Below, in pieces: positions 6,534 to 14,061 of a stretch of 42,168 nucleotides of DNA. The DNA is taken from positions 1 to 42,168 of IMG/VR virus record IMGVR_UViG_3300029527_000003; one strand, 5' to 3'. The stretch's first letter is position 1. Each line of letters starts with the position of its first letter. This stretch comes from a virus. The position numbers and the translations under genes are program-made. The notes beneath the pieces were generated by a model. That model did not search any database. It was not told the DNA's origin and saw nothing but the letters and a program-made list of their open reading frames with translations.

Positions 6534-7663
6534 AATGCATTCGCGCCTGCTGCCGTCGGGAAATACCGGATGATGCATCTTTTTGCCCATACTGCGGCAA
6601 GAAGCAGCCCGAAGCCGCCCCGCAGCAAAGAAAAAAGCGCCGCCGCCCAAAGGGCAGCGGCAGTGTATATAAGTTGAGCGGGACGAGGTCAAAACCGTAT
6701 GTGGCCCTGACAGCCAAGCGAGACGTTCTGGGGACGTTTGCAACGCCGGGCGAAGCAGTACAAGCGCTGGACGCTTACAACGCCCAGAACACCCCCGCAG
6801 CGCGTCTGAAATGCACTTTTGCGGATGCCTACGCCCAATGGAAAGCGCAGCCCAAATTTGACAAGCTCAGCACTGACATGAAAAAGGGTTATGAGCTGGC
6901 CTATGCAAAGGCTGCGCCGCTGTATGACCGACAGCTCCGGGACTTAAAATCCGCAGACTATCAACAGGTGATTGACCAGATGGTGGAAAAGGGCCTCTCC
7001 CGCAGCTCCTGCGAAAAGCAGCGCACACTTTTCAGCCAGATCTGCGAGTGGGCGATGGCTCAGGACATCATAAACAAAAACTATGCCATGCTCTTGCAGC
7101 TCCCAGCGGCTACAGGCAAGGCAGAGCGCACCTTGACCGCTCAAGAGATAGAGCAAATAAGCAGCCGACAAGACGACCCGAAGCTTGGGCAGACAGCGCA
7201 AATCGCAATGGTGCTGCTCTACACCGGTATGCGTATCGATGAGCTGCTCTCCATGCGCTGCGACGATGTGCATCTAAAAGAGCGGTATATGCAGGGCGGC
7301 GAAAAGACCGAGGCGGGCAAAAACCGCATTATCCCTATTTTGGACCCCATTTATAAAATTATTGCCTTTTGGATGCTTGACAGCGGCTGTGAGTGGCTGA
7401 TACCGTCCAAAGCCGGTACAAAGCTGGACAAGCGCAACGTGGCTACAAAGTTTCGAACCTTGATGCAGGAGTGCCATATAGAGGGAGTGCATCCGCATAC
7501 GCTGCGCCACACGGCCAGCAGCAAGATGGTGGAGTGCGGCCTGGAAAAGACCGCCGTGCAGGCCATCTTGGGCCACAAAAATTTCTCCACCACAGCCAAC
7601 AAGTACGTCTCCCACAATGACCCGGATTATCTGTTGCAGGAAATGCAAAAGATGAAGTATTGA
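6530..7663 (+). CDS. int: Tyrosine recombinase / phage integrase with N-terminal zinc ribbon
   Basis: Motifs GMRIDELLSM (Arg), HTLRHTASS (H-x-x-R) and LGHKNFSTTANKYVS (His...Tyr). The N-terminus is CIRACCRREIPDDASFCPYCGKK. TTG start follows GAGGTG. Confidence 0.9.
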   Translation: MKCIRACCRREIPDDASFCPYCGKKQPEAAPQQRKKRRRPKGSGSVYKLSGTRSKPYVALTAKRDVLGTFATPGEAVQALDAYNAQNTPAARLKCTFADAYAQWKAQPKFDKLSTDMKKGYELAYAKAAPLYDRQLRDLKSADYQQVIDQMVEKGLSRSSCEKQRTLFSQICEWAMAQDIINKNYAMLLQLPAATGKAERTLTAQEIEQISSRQDDPKLGQTAQIAMVLLYTGMRIDELLSMRCDDVHLKERYMQGGEKTEAGKNRIIPILDPIYKIIAFWMLDSGCEWLIPSKAGTKLDKRNVATKFRTLMQECHIEGVHPHTLRHTASSKMVECGLEKTAVQAILGHKNFSTTANKYVSHNDPDYLLQEMQKMKY

Positions 7664-7687
7664 TTTGTTAGATTGTTTGTTAGATTG
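7664..7687. repeat. Arm-type integrase-binding candidates (P arm)
   Basis: Perfect tandem TTTGTTAGATTG x2, directly after the int stop. Confidence 0.6.
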
Positions 7688-7733
7688 TCATGTTCATTCA
7701 GGAGGTTTTAAGGCATTTTAAGCAAAAAGAAAA

Positions 7734-7774
7734 ACGCACGGACGATTCGTTTTAATCGTTCGTGCGTTTATTTT
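7734..7774 (+). terminator. Rho-independent terminator after int
   Basis: Stem ACGCACGGACGATT / AATCGTTCGTGCGT (one G:U), followed by TTTATTTTT. Confidence 0.7.
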
Positions 7775-7824
7775 TGGAGCTGGTGACAGGAGTTGAACCT
7801 GCAACCCACTGATTACAAATCAGT
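7775..7824 (-). other. attP core: 3' 50 nt of a tRNA-Thr(UGU) gene (anticodon arm to CCA); not a complete tRNA
   Basis: Minus strand reads ACTGA-TTTGTAA-TCAGT GGGTT GCAGG-TTCAACT-CCTGT CACCAGC T CCA. No D-arm or 5' acceptor half lies upstream. Confidence 0.75.
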
Positions 7825-7857
7825 TTTATTTTACCATTTATCGATAAAAACTCAAAG

Positions 7858-7877
7858 TTTGTTAGTCTCGTGTTAGC
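7858..7877. repeat. Arm-type site candidates (P' arm)
   Basis: TTTGTTAG (7858-65) and GTGTTAGC (7870-77) share the TGTTAG core with 7664-7687. Confidence 0.45.
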
Positions 7878-7945
7878 TTATCAAACTTAAAAATTCAACT
7901 TTTCAAGTTTTGGCTGTATGTAAAAATAACACATTTTGTGTCGTT

Positions 7946-8278
7946 TTACAATGCGGTTATCTTCCGCATGACCAACTCATACTCTTTCGGGTATGCAAGC
8001 TTTATGGCGCTCATGTGCTCATCAAGCACTTCCATCAAGCCTCCAAAGGGCGCGGCGCTGGCAGCTTCCACGAACTCGCTTTGCGGATTTGCTTTTGTGG
8101 AGTATGCCGCCGGGTACGACGCGGGAGGCAGCGCTTGAGTCTGCATTTCTGCCGGCGCCTGCTTTTCTTCCAGCTCATTCCTCACGGTGCAGAGGGCGGC
8201 AAGTTTTTCCACGCTCTGCCAGTCCGTCGATCCGCATTTCAGCTTGTGGATATGGGTGTTGATCTCGTCGATGTCCAT
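7946..8278 (-). CDS. Hypothetical protein (cassette gene 7)
   Basis: RBS GGGAGGAGGG. 110 aa with a helical N-terminus and a P/A/S-rich centre. Confidence 0.6.
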   Translation of the reverse strand: MDIDEINTHIHKLKCGSTDWQSVEKLAALCTVRNELEEKQAPAEMQTQALPPASYPAAYSTKANPQSEFVEAASAAPFGGLMEVLDEHMSAIKLAYPKEYELVMRKITAL

Positions 8279-8296
8279 ACTTGCCGCCCTCCTCCC

Positions 8297-8698
8297 TTAT
8301 GCGTTGCGCAGAATGTCCGCCGCGCGTTTGTAAGCGTCTCGCTCTGCGCCGGTGGCGTCCTGCATCATGTCCTCAATGTCAGAGATCATGCGATCACGGC
8401 CATCCGTGCGGGAGTAGTGTCCGCGCACATAGTGACGGCCACGGTTGGCGTAGCTGTTGCCCCGGTTGTAACCGTTCCCGGCGTCGCGGTTGAAGGATCC
8501 GCGCATGTCGGCTTCCCACTCGCCTGTACGGCTGTACTCGCCGCCCTCGCAGTAATCCTCGATGCGGTGAATGTCCAAAATGATGTCCACGATCTCGCCG
8601 ATCATCTCAACATCGCCCGGAGAGCGATTCTTTTTGTCGGTCAGCTCCATGAGCTCGTCGCACATCTCATCCTTCAGGTGATTCAGTTTATCCAGCAT
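8297..8698 (-). CDS. Hypothetical protein with acidic helical ends and an R/G/Y/N-rich core (cassette gene 6)
   Basis: RBS AAAGGAG. The core reads NRDAGNGYNRGNSYANRGRHYVRGHYSRTDGRDR. Confidence 0.6.
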   Translation of the reverse strand: MLDKLNHLKDEMCDELMELTDKKNRSPGDVEMIGEIVDIILDIHRIEDYCEGGEYSRTGEWEADMRGSFNRDAGNGYNRGNSYANRGRHYVRGHYSRTDGRDRMISDIEDMMQDATGAERDAYKRAADILRNA

Positions 8699-8714
8699 GA
8701 TTTTATCTCCTTTC

Positions 8715-9137
8715 TTATGCTACCCGCTCGACGATGAGATTGCTGTTTGCAATGTCGATCGCCTGCGTGCTGGTGTTCTCGACTGCCACGGTCACGCAGC
8801 AGCCGCGCGGAACCTCGATAAAGGCGGCGGCGAACACATTAAAGTAGTCCCCTGCTGCCGCCGGGGTAACAATGGCCGTTGCGCTGTTCAGCGGCTCGCC
8901 AGCGATTGCCAGCGCTACAGAGATAGCCCCGGCAGTGCCGCCGGTAGGTACCGCGATGTTTCCGCCAAAGCTCACCTTGAAGCGGGCTTTGCACTGGTTT
9001 GTCAGGCCGCGCAGGGTCACGATACCCGCGCCCTCACGATGGACGATGCAGGCCGGGCCTTTTACGGCAGTCTCTGTCAAGGGAAGGTTTTCCCCGGCGG
9101 ATACCGTCACGATATTGGGATTCGTAAATTCAGCCAT
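8715..9137 (-). CDS. Beta-rich protein, possibly a C1q/TNF-like (BclA C-terminal-domain-like) fold (cassette gene 5)
   Basis: ATG at 9137 lies 8 nt after AAAGGAG. The pattern ...VTLRG...FKVSFGGNIAVPTGGTAGAISVALAIAGEPLNSA...VAVENTSTQAIDIANSNLIVERVA recalls BclA-type CTDs. This is from memory and weak. Confidence 0.55.
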   Translation of the reverse strand: MAEFTNPNIVTVSAGENLPLTETAVKGPACIVHREGAGIVTLRGLTNQCKARFKVSFGGNIAVPTGGTAGAISVALAIAGEPLNSATAIVTPAAAGDYFNVFAAAFIEVPRGCCVTVAVENTSTQAIDIANSNLIVERVA

Positions 9138-9152
9138 TTTATCGGCTCCTTT

Positions 9153-9188
9153 CATAAATAAAAGCGCCGGGACTTCTGCCCCGGCGCT
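9153..9188 (-). terminator. Rho-independent terminator-like hairpin between cassette genes 4 and 5
   Basis: Perfect 9-bp stem AGCGCCGGG/CCCGGCGCT with a 7-8-nt loop (the second half can slide by 1 nt), followed on the minus strand by TTTTATTTAT. Confidence 0.6.
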
Positions 9189-9253
9189 CTGGTTTGCAAA
9201 ATCAGCTCAGGGGCTGAACAGGCTACAAATTGTAGTCAGTTGCCGTTATTTGG

Positions 9254-10030
9254 TTATGCGCAGCCGTTACAGCCGCATCCGGTGCCACAATTACCGTACT
9301 GGTACGGCGCAGGAACCGGGAAGGCAGGAACGGGACGCGGGTTGTAGTAGGCCAGCTGACCGCTCATGTATGCCTTGAGGGTCTCGTTCTGCGCCGCCTG
9401 GGAAGCTGCAAGCTGAGCCGCAAAGAGCTGCTGGCTCTGCTCCGCGATCTTGGCGTCCTTTGCCTCGATGCGCTGAGCTGTGAGAGCGTCCAGGATAGCC
9501 CGGGCGTTCTGGTTCTGGTTGTCTACGATGTCCCGGGTCGCGTTCTGCACGGTGTTCCGGGTCTCGCAGGACTGGGTAGCCAGATTGTAGTTGACGCCCT
9601 GGATAGCAGACCGGGTCTCACAGCAGCAGTTCTGCTGCTGCATCTGCATCGCAAAGAGCTGCTGCATGAATGCCGCCTGCTGATTTGCACGGCTGATCTC
9701 GGCGGACATAAAGCCGTTGCCCATGTTCTGCTGGACGCCGTTGATGAGCTGTGCCTGCTGGTAGAAGCCGTCACACATACCGTTATTTACGCCATCGATC
9801 TTGCGTTCGATATTGGCGAAGTCGCTGGTCAGGATGTAGCCATCTACGACGCCGGCGCCGGCACCGGCGCGATTGCCGCCCCAGTTACCGCCCCAGCCAC
9901 AGAAGATAAAAAGGAAGAGCACGATGATCCACCACGAACCATCGCCGCCAAAGCCAAAGCCGTTGCCGTTGTTGGTATTGGCGGGCTGCACCGGCATAGT
10001 CAAGCCGATGTTGTCAGAAGAAAGAGACAT
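9254..10030 (-). CDS. G/N-rich, single-TM, Q/N-rich and Cys-rich protein (cassette gene 4)
   Basis: RBS AAAGGAG. Contains NGNGFGFGGDGSWWIIVLFLFIFCGWGGNWGG, a Q/N-rich centre with CCCETR...SCETR, and the C-terminal motif YGNCGTGCGCNGCA. Confidence 0.65.
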   Translation of the reverse strand: MSLSSDNIGLTMPVQPANTNNGNGFGFGGDGSWWIIVLFLFIFCGWGGNWGGNRAGAGAGVVDGYILTSDFANIERKIDGVNNGMCDGFYQQAQLINGVQQNMGNGFMSAEISRANQQAAFMQQLFAMQMQQQNCCCETRSAIQGVNYNLATQSCETRNTVQNATRDIVDNQNQNARAILDALTAQRIEAKDAKIAEQSQQLFAAQLAASQAAQNETLKAYMSGQLAYYNPRPVPAFPVPAPYQYGNCGTGCGCNGCA

Positions 10031-10091
10031 TTTGTACTCCTTTCGAAATTTTTGGTAAAAAGTGTATCTCGACCGTGGCCACGGTTACGAC

Positions 10092-10319
10092 TTAGTGTAA
10101 AAACTGCTGGAACTGCTGAGCCATTGCCTGAAGCTGGTTGAGCTGGTCTTGGCTCATCCGCCCGGATTGCAGGAGCTTTTGCACCTCCTGCTTTGGATCG
10201 CCCTGAAAATTAGCCTTGAACTGCTGGAACTGCTGCATCATCTGGCCGAACTGGCCCATAGGGCCGGCCGTGGAGGATGCTTTGCCGCCGCCCAGTGCAT
10301 TAAAAAGAGGATTTGCCAT
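10092..10319 (-). CDS. Small Q-rich protein (cassette gene 3)
   Basis: ATG at 10319 follows GGAGGT (GTG 10325 is an alternative). Contains FGQMMQQFQQFKANFQGDPKQ...LQAMAQQFQQFLH. Confidence 0.55.
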   Translation of the reverse strand: MANPLFNALGGGKASSTAGPMGQFGQMMQQFQQFKANFQGDPKQEVQKLLQSGRMSQDQLNQLQAMAQQFQQFLH

Positions 10320-10321
10320 GA

Positions 10322-10771
10322 TCACTTGACCTCCGTTTCGGTTTTTGTGGGCTCCTGCTTTTCCAGCGCTGCACAGCGGGCTGCCAGGGCGTCAAACTCT
10401 GCCCTGGTGACAAACTCCCCGCCGGGCTGTTGGACGGCCTGAGCGGGCATCTTAGCTGCCGTGGTGCGCTCCTTGTAATCAAAGGCCCTGAGCGGCAGCG
10501 GCATTCCGCTTGCGTCCGTGCTCTTGATGTAAAAGGCGCTGTTCTCGCTGTCCATCAAGAGTACGCTGTTCCCGGCGGCTACCATGTAGGCTTTTGCGCC
10601 CTCTTCGCCCTGCACCCAGATGATCGGAGGCGTAGATGGGGAGCTTTGCCCTGTCGGTTGGCTCATCATGGGCGGCTGATACCCGGCATTCTGCCGCAGC
10701 TGCGTGAGCTGGTCAGGCATAGGCTGCCCGTAGTAGTTTGGCATTTGATAGCCATATGGATTGTACGGCAT
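10322..10771 (-). CDS. Protein with a Y/P/Q-rich N-terminus and a globular centre (cassette gene 2)
   Basis: RBS AAGGAGGA. Sequence MPYNPYGYQMPNYYGQPMPDQLTQLRQNAGYQPPMM..., then IIWVQGEEGAKAYMVAAGNSVLLMDSENSAFYIKSTDASGMP. Confidence 0.65.
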   Translation of the reverse strand: MPYNPYGYQMPNYYGQPMPDQLTQLRQNAGYQPPMMSQPTGQSSPSTPPIIWVQGEEGAKAYMVAAGNSVLLMDSENSAFYIKSTDASGMPLPLRAFDYKERTTAAKMPAQAVQQPGGEFVTRAEFDALAARCAALEKQEPTKTETEVK

Positions 10772-10774
10772 CGT

Positions 10775-11152
10775 TTAGTCCTCCTTGTACCAGTAATAGA
10801 TCGGGCATTCTGCGCCGCTGTCCCAGCTGTCCAGCCAGTCACCGTTGACCACGGCCAGAACATGGCCGGAACACCCCAGCACATACACGCCGTGCGGGTA
10901 CTCCCGGGCAAAATCTGCCACGGTGTAACAGGTGGCGCAGTCCGCCTCCACCATGCGGCGCTTGAATCCGTGCTTTTGGAGGTATGCGCCCCATGTGCGG
11001 TTGGCGCTGGGCATATCGCCGAGAGCAAAGCCGGTCAGCGCCAATCCAATGTAGGCCTGCTCCCAGCTCTGCCCAGTGGCTGCTGCTACCGCGCGCACGG
11101 AGCAATCACCCACGCTGCCCCCGTGGGGGTTGGGGCTGAACTTGTTCCACAT
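10775..11152 (-). CDS. Putative papain-like Cys-His-Asp peptidase-fold protein (cassette gene 1)
   Basis: ATG at 11152 follows GGAGG. Candidate triad residues are GDCSVRA (Cys), CSGHVLAVV (His) and DSWDS (Asp). The assignment is an inference only. Confidence 0.5.
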   Translation of the reverse strand: MWNKFSPNPHGGSVGDCSVRAVAAATGQSWEQAYIGLALTGFALGDMPSANRTWGAYLQKHGFKRRMVEADCATCYTVADFAREYPHGVYVLGCSGHVLAVVNGDWLDSWDSGAECPIYYWYKED

Positions 11153-11236
11153 TGGCGCTTGCCTCCTTTGCGCCCAGTGTAGCAGAGCCGCCCGGCGGGA
11201 GAGACAACGAAGGTACAACGAAGGACAAAAAAAGAT

Positions 11237-11292
11237 AGCATAAATAATTTATTTTCTCAAATTTACTGTTGACAAAATAAATTATTTATGCT
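11237..11292. repeat. 19-bp perfect inverted repeat flanking and overlapping divergent promoters
   Basis: AGCATAAATAATTTATTTT (11237-55) and AAAATAAATTATTTATGCT (11274-92), separated by 18 nt. Confidence 0.85.
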
Positions 11293-11297
11293 ATAAT
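11269..11297 (+). promoter_or_regulatory. Consensus sigma70 promoter for the plus-strand module
   Basis: TTGACA (11269-74), 17 nt, TATAAT (11292-97). The mirror-image element on the minus strand reads TTGAGA, 17 nt, TATCTT. Confidence 0.7.
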
Positions 11298-11341
11298 AAG
11301 AGTGTCAAGAGGAACACCCAAACAAAACGGAGGAACGAACG

Positions 11342-11746
11342 ATGAAAGCTTACAACCTGCACGAGATCATGAGCAATGCCTGGGCAATGTACCGCAAGTG
11401 GGTCGCACCTTACAAGTACAATCACAGCCGTATCCCCAGCTGCTACACTTTTGCAAGTGCTCTCAAGCAGGCTTGGGCCGCTGCAAAGACCGCTGCCAAA
11501 AAGGTCGCAGCCGGCATCGTTCGCATGCACTACAGCCAGTACAAGGCCGAGTACAGCAAGTGCCAGACCGTCGAGGGCAGCTACGACAAGGCCACCAAGA
11601 CCATCGAGGTCATGACCAAGGCTATCCGCACCTTTGAGCGTCCCGCATATACCGCAGCTCGTACCTCTCGCCGCCCCAGCGTGACCGCCATCCGCGGCCT
11701 CTGCCCCCGTTGCCACACCTACTGCTATGGTGACTGCATGGCATAA
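11342..11746 (+). CDS. Basic protein with C-terminal CxxCxxxCxxxC motif
   Basis: RBS GGAGGAA. The protein is K/R/A-rich and ends in GLCPRCHTYCYGDCMA. Confidence 0.65.
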   Translation: MKAYNLHEIMSNAWAMYRKWVAPYKYNHSRIPSCYTFASALKQAWAAAKTAAKKVAAGIVRMHYSQYKAEYSKCQTVEGSYDKATKTIEVMTKAIRTFERPAYTAARTSRRPSVTAIRGLCPRCHTYCYGDCMA

Positions 11747-11779
11747 TCCACACACTCAACTATAAGGAGGACAACAACA

Positions 11780-12052
11780 ATGGCTAAGTTTTATGATGGC
11801 AGCAAGCTCCTGAGTATTAAAATGACCCACACCCGCACCGGCATCGACTTCGAAAACGACTTCTTCGAGGTCGGCGGCCTCGAGTACAACGCCGATCTGG
11901 GCGCTTACAAGGTCGAGGACGTCGAGTATCTGGCCGACTACGCCAAGAGCTACGCCGACGGCACCAACGGCGACATCGACTACACCGTCGATGAGGACGG
12001 CAATGTCGTGGTCCCCGACTGCACCGTCGATTATGACATCGAGGTGATGTGA
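11780..12052 (+). CDS. Highly acidic small protein (possible DNA mimic or anti-restriction candidate)
   Basis: RBS AAGGAGGA. Hand count gives about 21 D/E versus about 6 K/R in 90 aa. Confidence 0.65.
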   Translation: MAKFYDGSKLLSIKMTHTRTGIDFENDFFEVGGLEYNADLGAYKVEDVEYLADYAKSYADGTNGDIDYTVDEDGNVVVPDCTVDYDIEVM

Positions 12053-13575
12053 TGTTGTACTCATGGGCGCTCATTGACCCGGACGGCAAGCGTCACGAGG
12101 TCGATGATCTGGCAAAGTGGAGCCAGGACAATGTAAAATTGTTTTTCCCGGATGCCGCACCGGACAACGCCGCAGCCCGGATCGCCGAAGGCGTCCAGAT
12201 GCTGTGGTACGCGCTCAAGCACCCGGAAAGGCCTCACGGGCTGCACACTTATAAAGGGTGGACGCTTGCAGAGCCTCCGCAGCCCAAGGCACCAAAGGCT
12301 AAAGATCCCAAAAAGCCGCTTGCCGACCGGTTAATAGGCAAAACTTTTGGCGATCTCTCCATCGTCGGCACGGCACCGGCGAAGATCATGCCCAACGGAT
12401 ATAAATGCACAATGGTCGTCGTGCATTGCGCTCTTTGCGGCAATGACAGGATCATGTCCTACAACTCCTTAAAAATATCAAGGAGCTGCGGCTGCCAGCG
12501 AGGACGGCGCAGGAAAGACGGACTCGCCCCGCAGCCCGTCACGCCCTCCAGACAGCCTCCCTATGATCAGGCGCCTGCCGACCATAAAGGCAAATCACTA
12601 AAAAAGATCTGCGCTATCTGCGGCAAGCCTTTTTATGCCTCTCCCAGTGACGTAAACCAGCAATGCTGCTCAAAAAAATGCAGCGCTGCCCTACGGGTAA
12701 AAAATGGTCATATCAACAACGCTGCATGGTCGGATGAGGCAAAGGCCCGCCGGGCAGCAGACCCGGAGATCCAGGCACGTATGCAGACATTGCAATCCAT
12801 AGGCACTTCGGCGGCTCTAGAGTTGCCCGCAGGTCAAAAAGGGCCGCAAAATCGTGAGGCTCTTGTCTGGCAACTGATCGACCCGGACGGCAACACCCAC
12901 AAGGCGGTCAATCTGCTGGACTGGGCGCGTAAAAATCATCTGCTGTTTTTTGACGAGGACGTCCCGGAGGACGTCGCCGCAAAAAGGATTGCAGCAGGAT
13001 TCAGGGCGATCGCCACGTCGATCCGTGGGACTCGCTTAAAATCACGCCCGGCAGCGAGCTACAAGGGATGGATGTTGGCCGGGCTTCCCACGCCCAAAAC
13101 GACAGATGACGATAACTTTGACAATGTGGAGGATACCATGCGCAAAATAATCAACGGCTCTCGCTACAGCACCGATACCGCAAAAAAGATCGCCCACTGG
13201 GAGTCCGACCAGGACTACACCAGCTTTACCCACTGCGAGGAGACGCTTTACCGCACCAAGGCAGGCAAGTGGTTTATCCACGGCACCGGCAACGCGGCCA
13301 CTGTGTACGCCGTCCGCCGCGGCGACGGATGGACGGCCCCCGGCGAGCAGATCGTGCCGCTCTCCGAAGAGGTCGCGCGAATCTGGGTGCTCGAGCACCT
13401 TGGCGAGGAACAGTGCGACGCCATCTTTGGCACCGGAAGTGAGGACACAAAGGATGTGCAGGCTACGGTCTACATCCCGGGTCCGCTCGCCGAAAAGATG
13501 GCAGCTCGGATAGATGCAGAGCAGTGCAACCGAAATGAGCTTATCCTGCAGGCGCTGCGGGAATATCTCAAGTAA
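12049..13575 (+). CDS. 508-aa multidomain protein: duplicated N-module, Cys clusters, conserved globular domain, C-terminal ribbon-helix-helix
   Basis: Internal repeats at 12064-12288 and 12868-13098 share W.LIDPDG..H...L..W...N..LFF...P...AA.RIA.G...YKGW.LA..P.PK. Also present are FGDLSIVG...CALCGN...SCGC and CAICGKPF...CCSKKC. The C-terminus VYIPGPLAEKMAARIDAEQCNRNELILQALREYLK is CopG-like. Confidence 0.7.
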   Translation: MMLYSWALIDPDGKRHEVDDLAKWSQDNVKLFFPDAAPDNAAARIAEGVQMLWYALKHPERPHGLHTYKGWTLAEPPQPKAPKAKDPKKPLADRLIGKTFGDLSIVGTAPAKIMPNGYKCTMVVVHCALCGNDRIMSYNSLKISRSCGCQRGRRRKDGLAPQPVTPSRQPPYDQAPADHKGKSLKKICAICGKPFYASPSDVNQQCCSKKCSAALRVKNGHINNAAWSDEAKARRAADPEIQARMQTLQSIGTSAALELPAGQKGPQNREALVWQLIDPDGNTHKAVNLLDWARKNHLLFFDEDVPEDVAAKRIAAGFRAIATSIRGTRLKSRPAASYKGWMLAGLPTPKTTDDDNFDNVEDTMRKIINGSRYSTDTAKKIAHWESDQDYTSFTHCEETLYRTKAGKWFIHGTGNAATVYAVRRGDGWTAPGEQIVPLSEEVARIWVLEHLGEEQCDAIFGTGSEDTKDVQATVYIPGPLAEKMAARIDAEQCNRNELILQALREYLK

Positions 13576-13585
13576 ACAAAAAAAT

Positions 13586-13620
13586 CCCCCGATGCTCCAA
13601 ACGGAACACCGGGGTTTTTT
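13586..13620 (+). terminator. Rho-independent terminator of the plus-strand module
   Basis: Stem CCCCGATG/CACCGGGG (one mismatch), followed by TTTTTTG. Confidence 0.65.
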
Positions 13621-13682
13621 GTTTGTATGCAGAATCAGCTCTAAAATGTGACCCTACTTACACTTAGACCGATATGAGTATA

Positions 13683-13976
13683 TCACAAATTCAGCATTTT
13701 ATCAATGCCTTTCAGCCGGTAGCCTATCGCTGTCCGGCTGTAATGTGTCTGCGCTGCAATCTCCGGCAGCGGGAGCCGCTCAACGTACCGCAGTAAGGCT
13801 ATCTTACGGTCTACCCTCCCAAGCGGTGCGCTTTTGATCGCGGCGGTCATCCGCTGTCTGTCAAGTCCTCGCAGCGCAGCGGGCAGCACTACGCGAGCCG
13901 CCGCCACAGGCAGCACCGAGCCAAAAAGGCTGCGGCAGCTGTCCGGCGTTGCGCACCATAGTGCCAAGCGCGGCAA
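13683..13976 (-). CDS. Sigma-70 region-4-like HTH protein; N-terminal extent uncertain (ATG at 13850 gives 55 aa)
   Basis: The C-terminal segment LGRVDRKIALLRYVERLPLPEIAAQTHYSRTAIGYRLKGIDKML matches a region-4 pattern. The upstream 40 aa look non-protein-like. No clear RBS. Confidence 0.4.
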   Translation of the reverse strand: MPRLALWCATPDSCRSLFGSVLPVAAARVVLPAALRGLDRQRMTAAIKSAPLGRVDRKIALLRYVERLPLPEIAAQTHYSRTAIGYRLKGIDKMLNL

Positions 13977-14021
13977 ACCGGTGACAAAACGTCACCAGTT
14001 TGTTGACGTTACCAAAATCGC

Positions 14022-14061
14022 AATGAGTTCGACTTTTAACAGCTAAAAAGTTGAACTCATT
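14022..14061 (-). terminator. Long hairpin after the lysis cassette (end of the late operon)
   Basis: 16-bp arms AATGAGTTCGACTTTT / AAAAGTTGAACTCATT (one mismatch) with an 8-nt loop. On the minus strand it is followed by GCGATTTTGG. Confidence 0.55.

Noticed and set aside
13952-13968. A sigma54-like TGGCAC...TGC motif on the minus strand, upstream of the region-4-like HTH.
   Set aside because: The GG-to-GC spacing is one nucleotide short of the -24/-12 consensus, and no enhancer-binding protein is evident.
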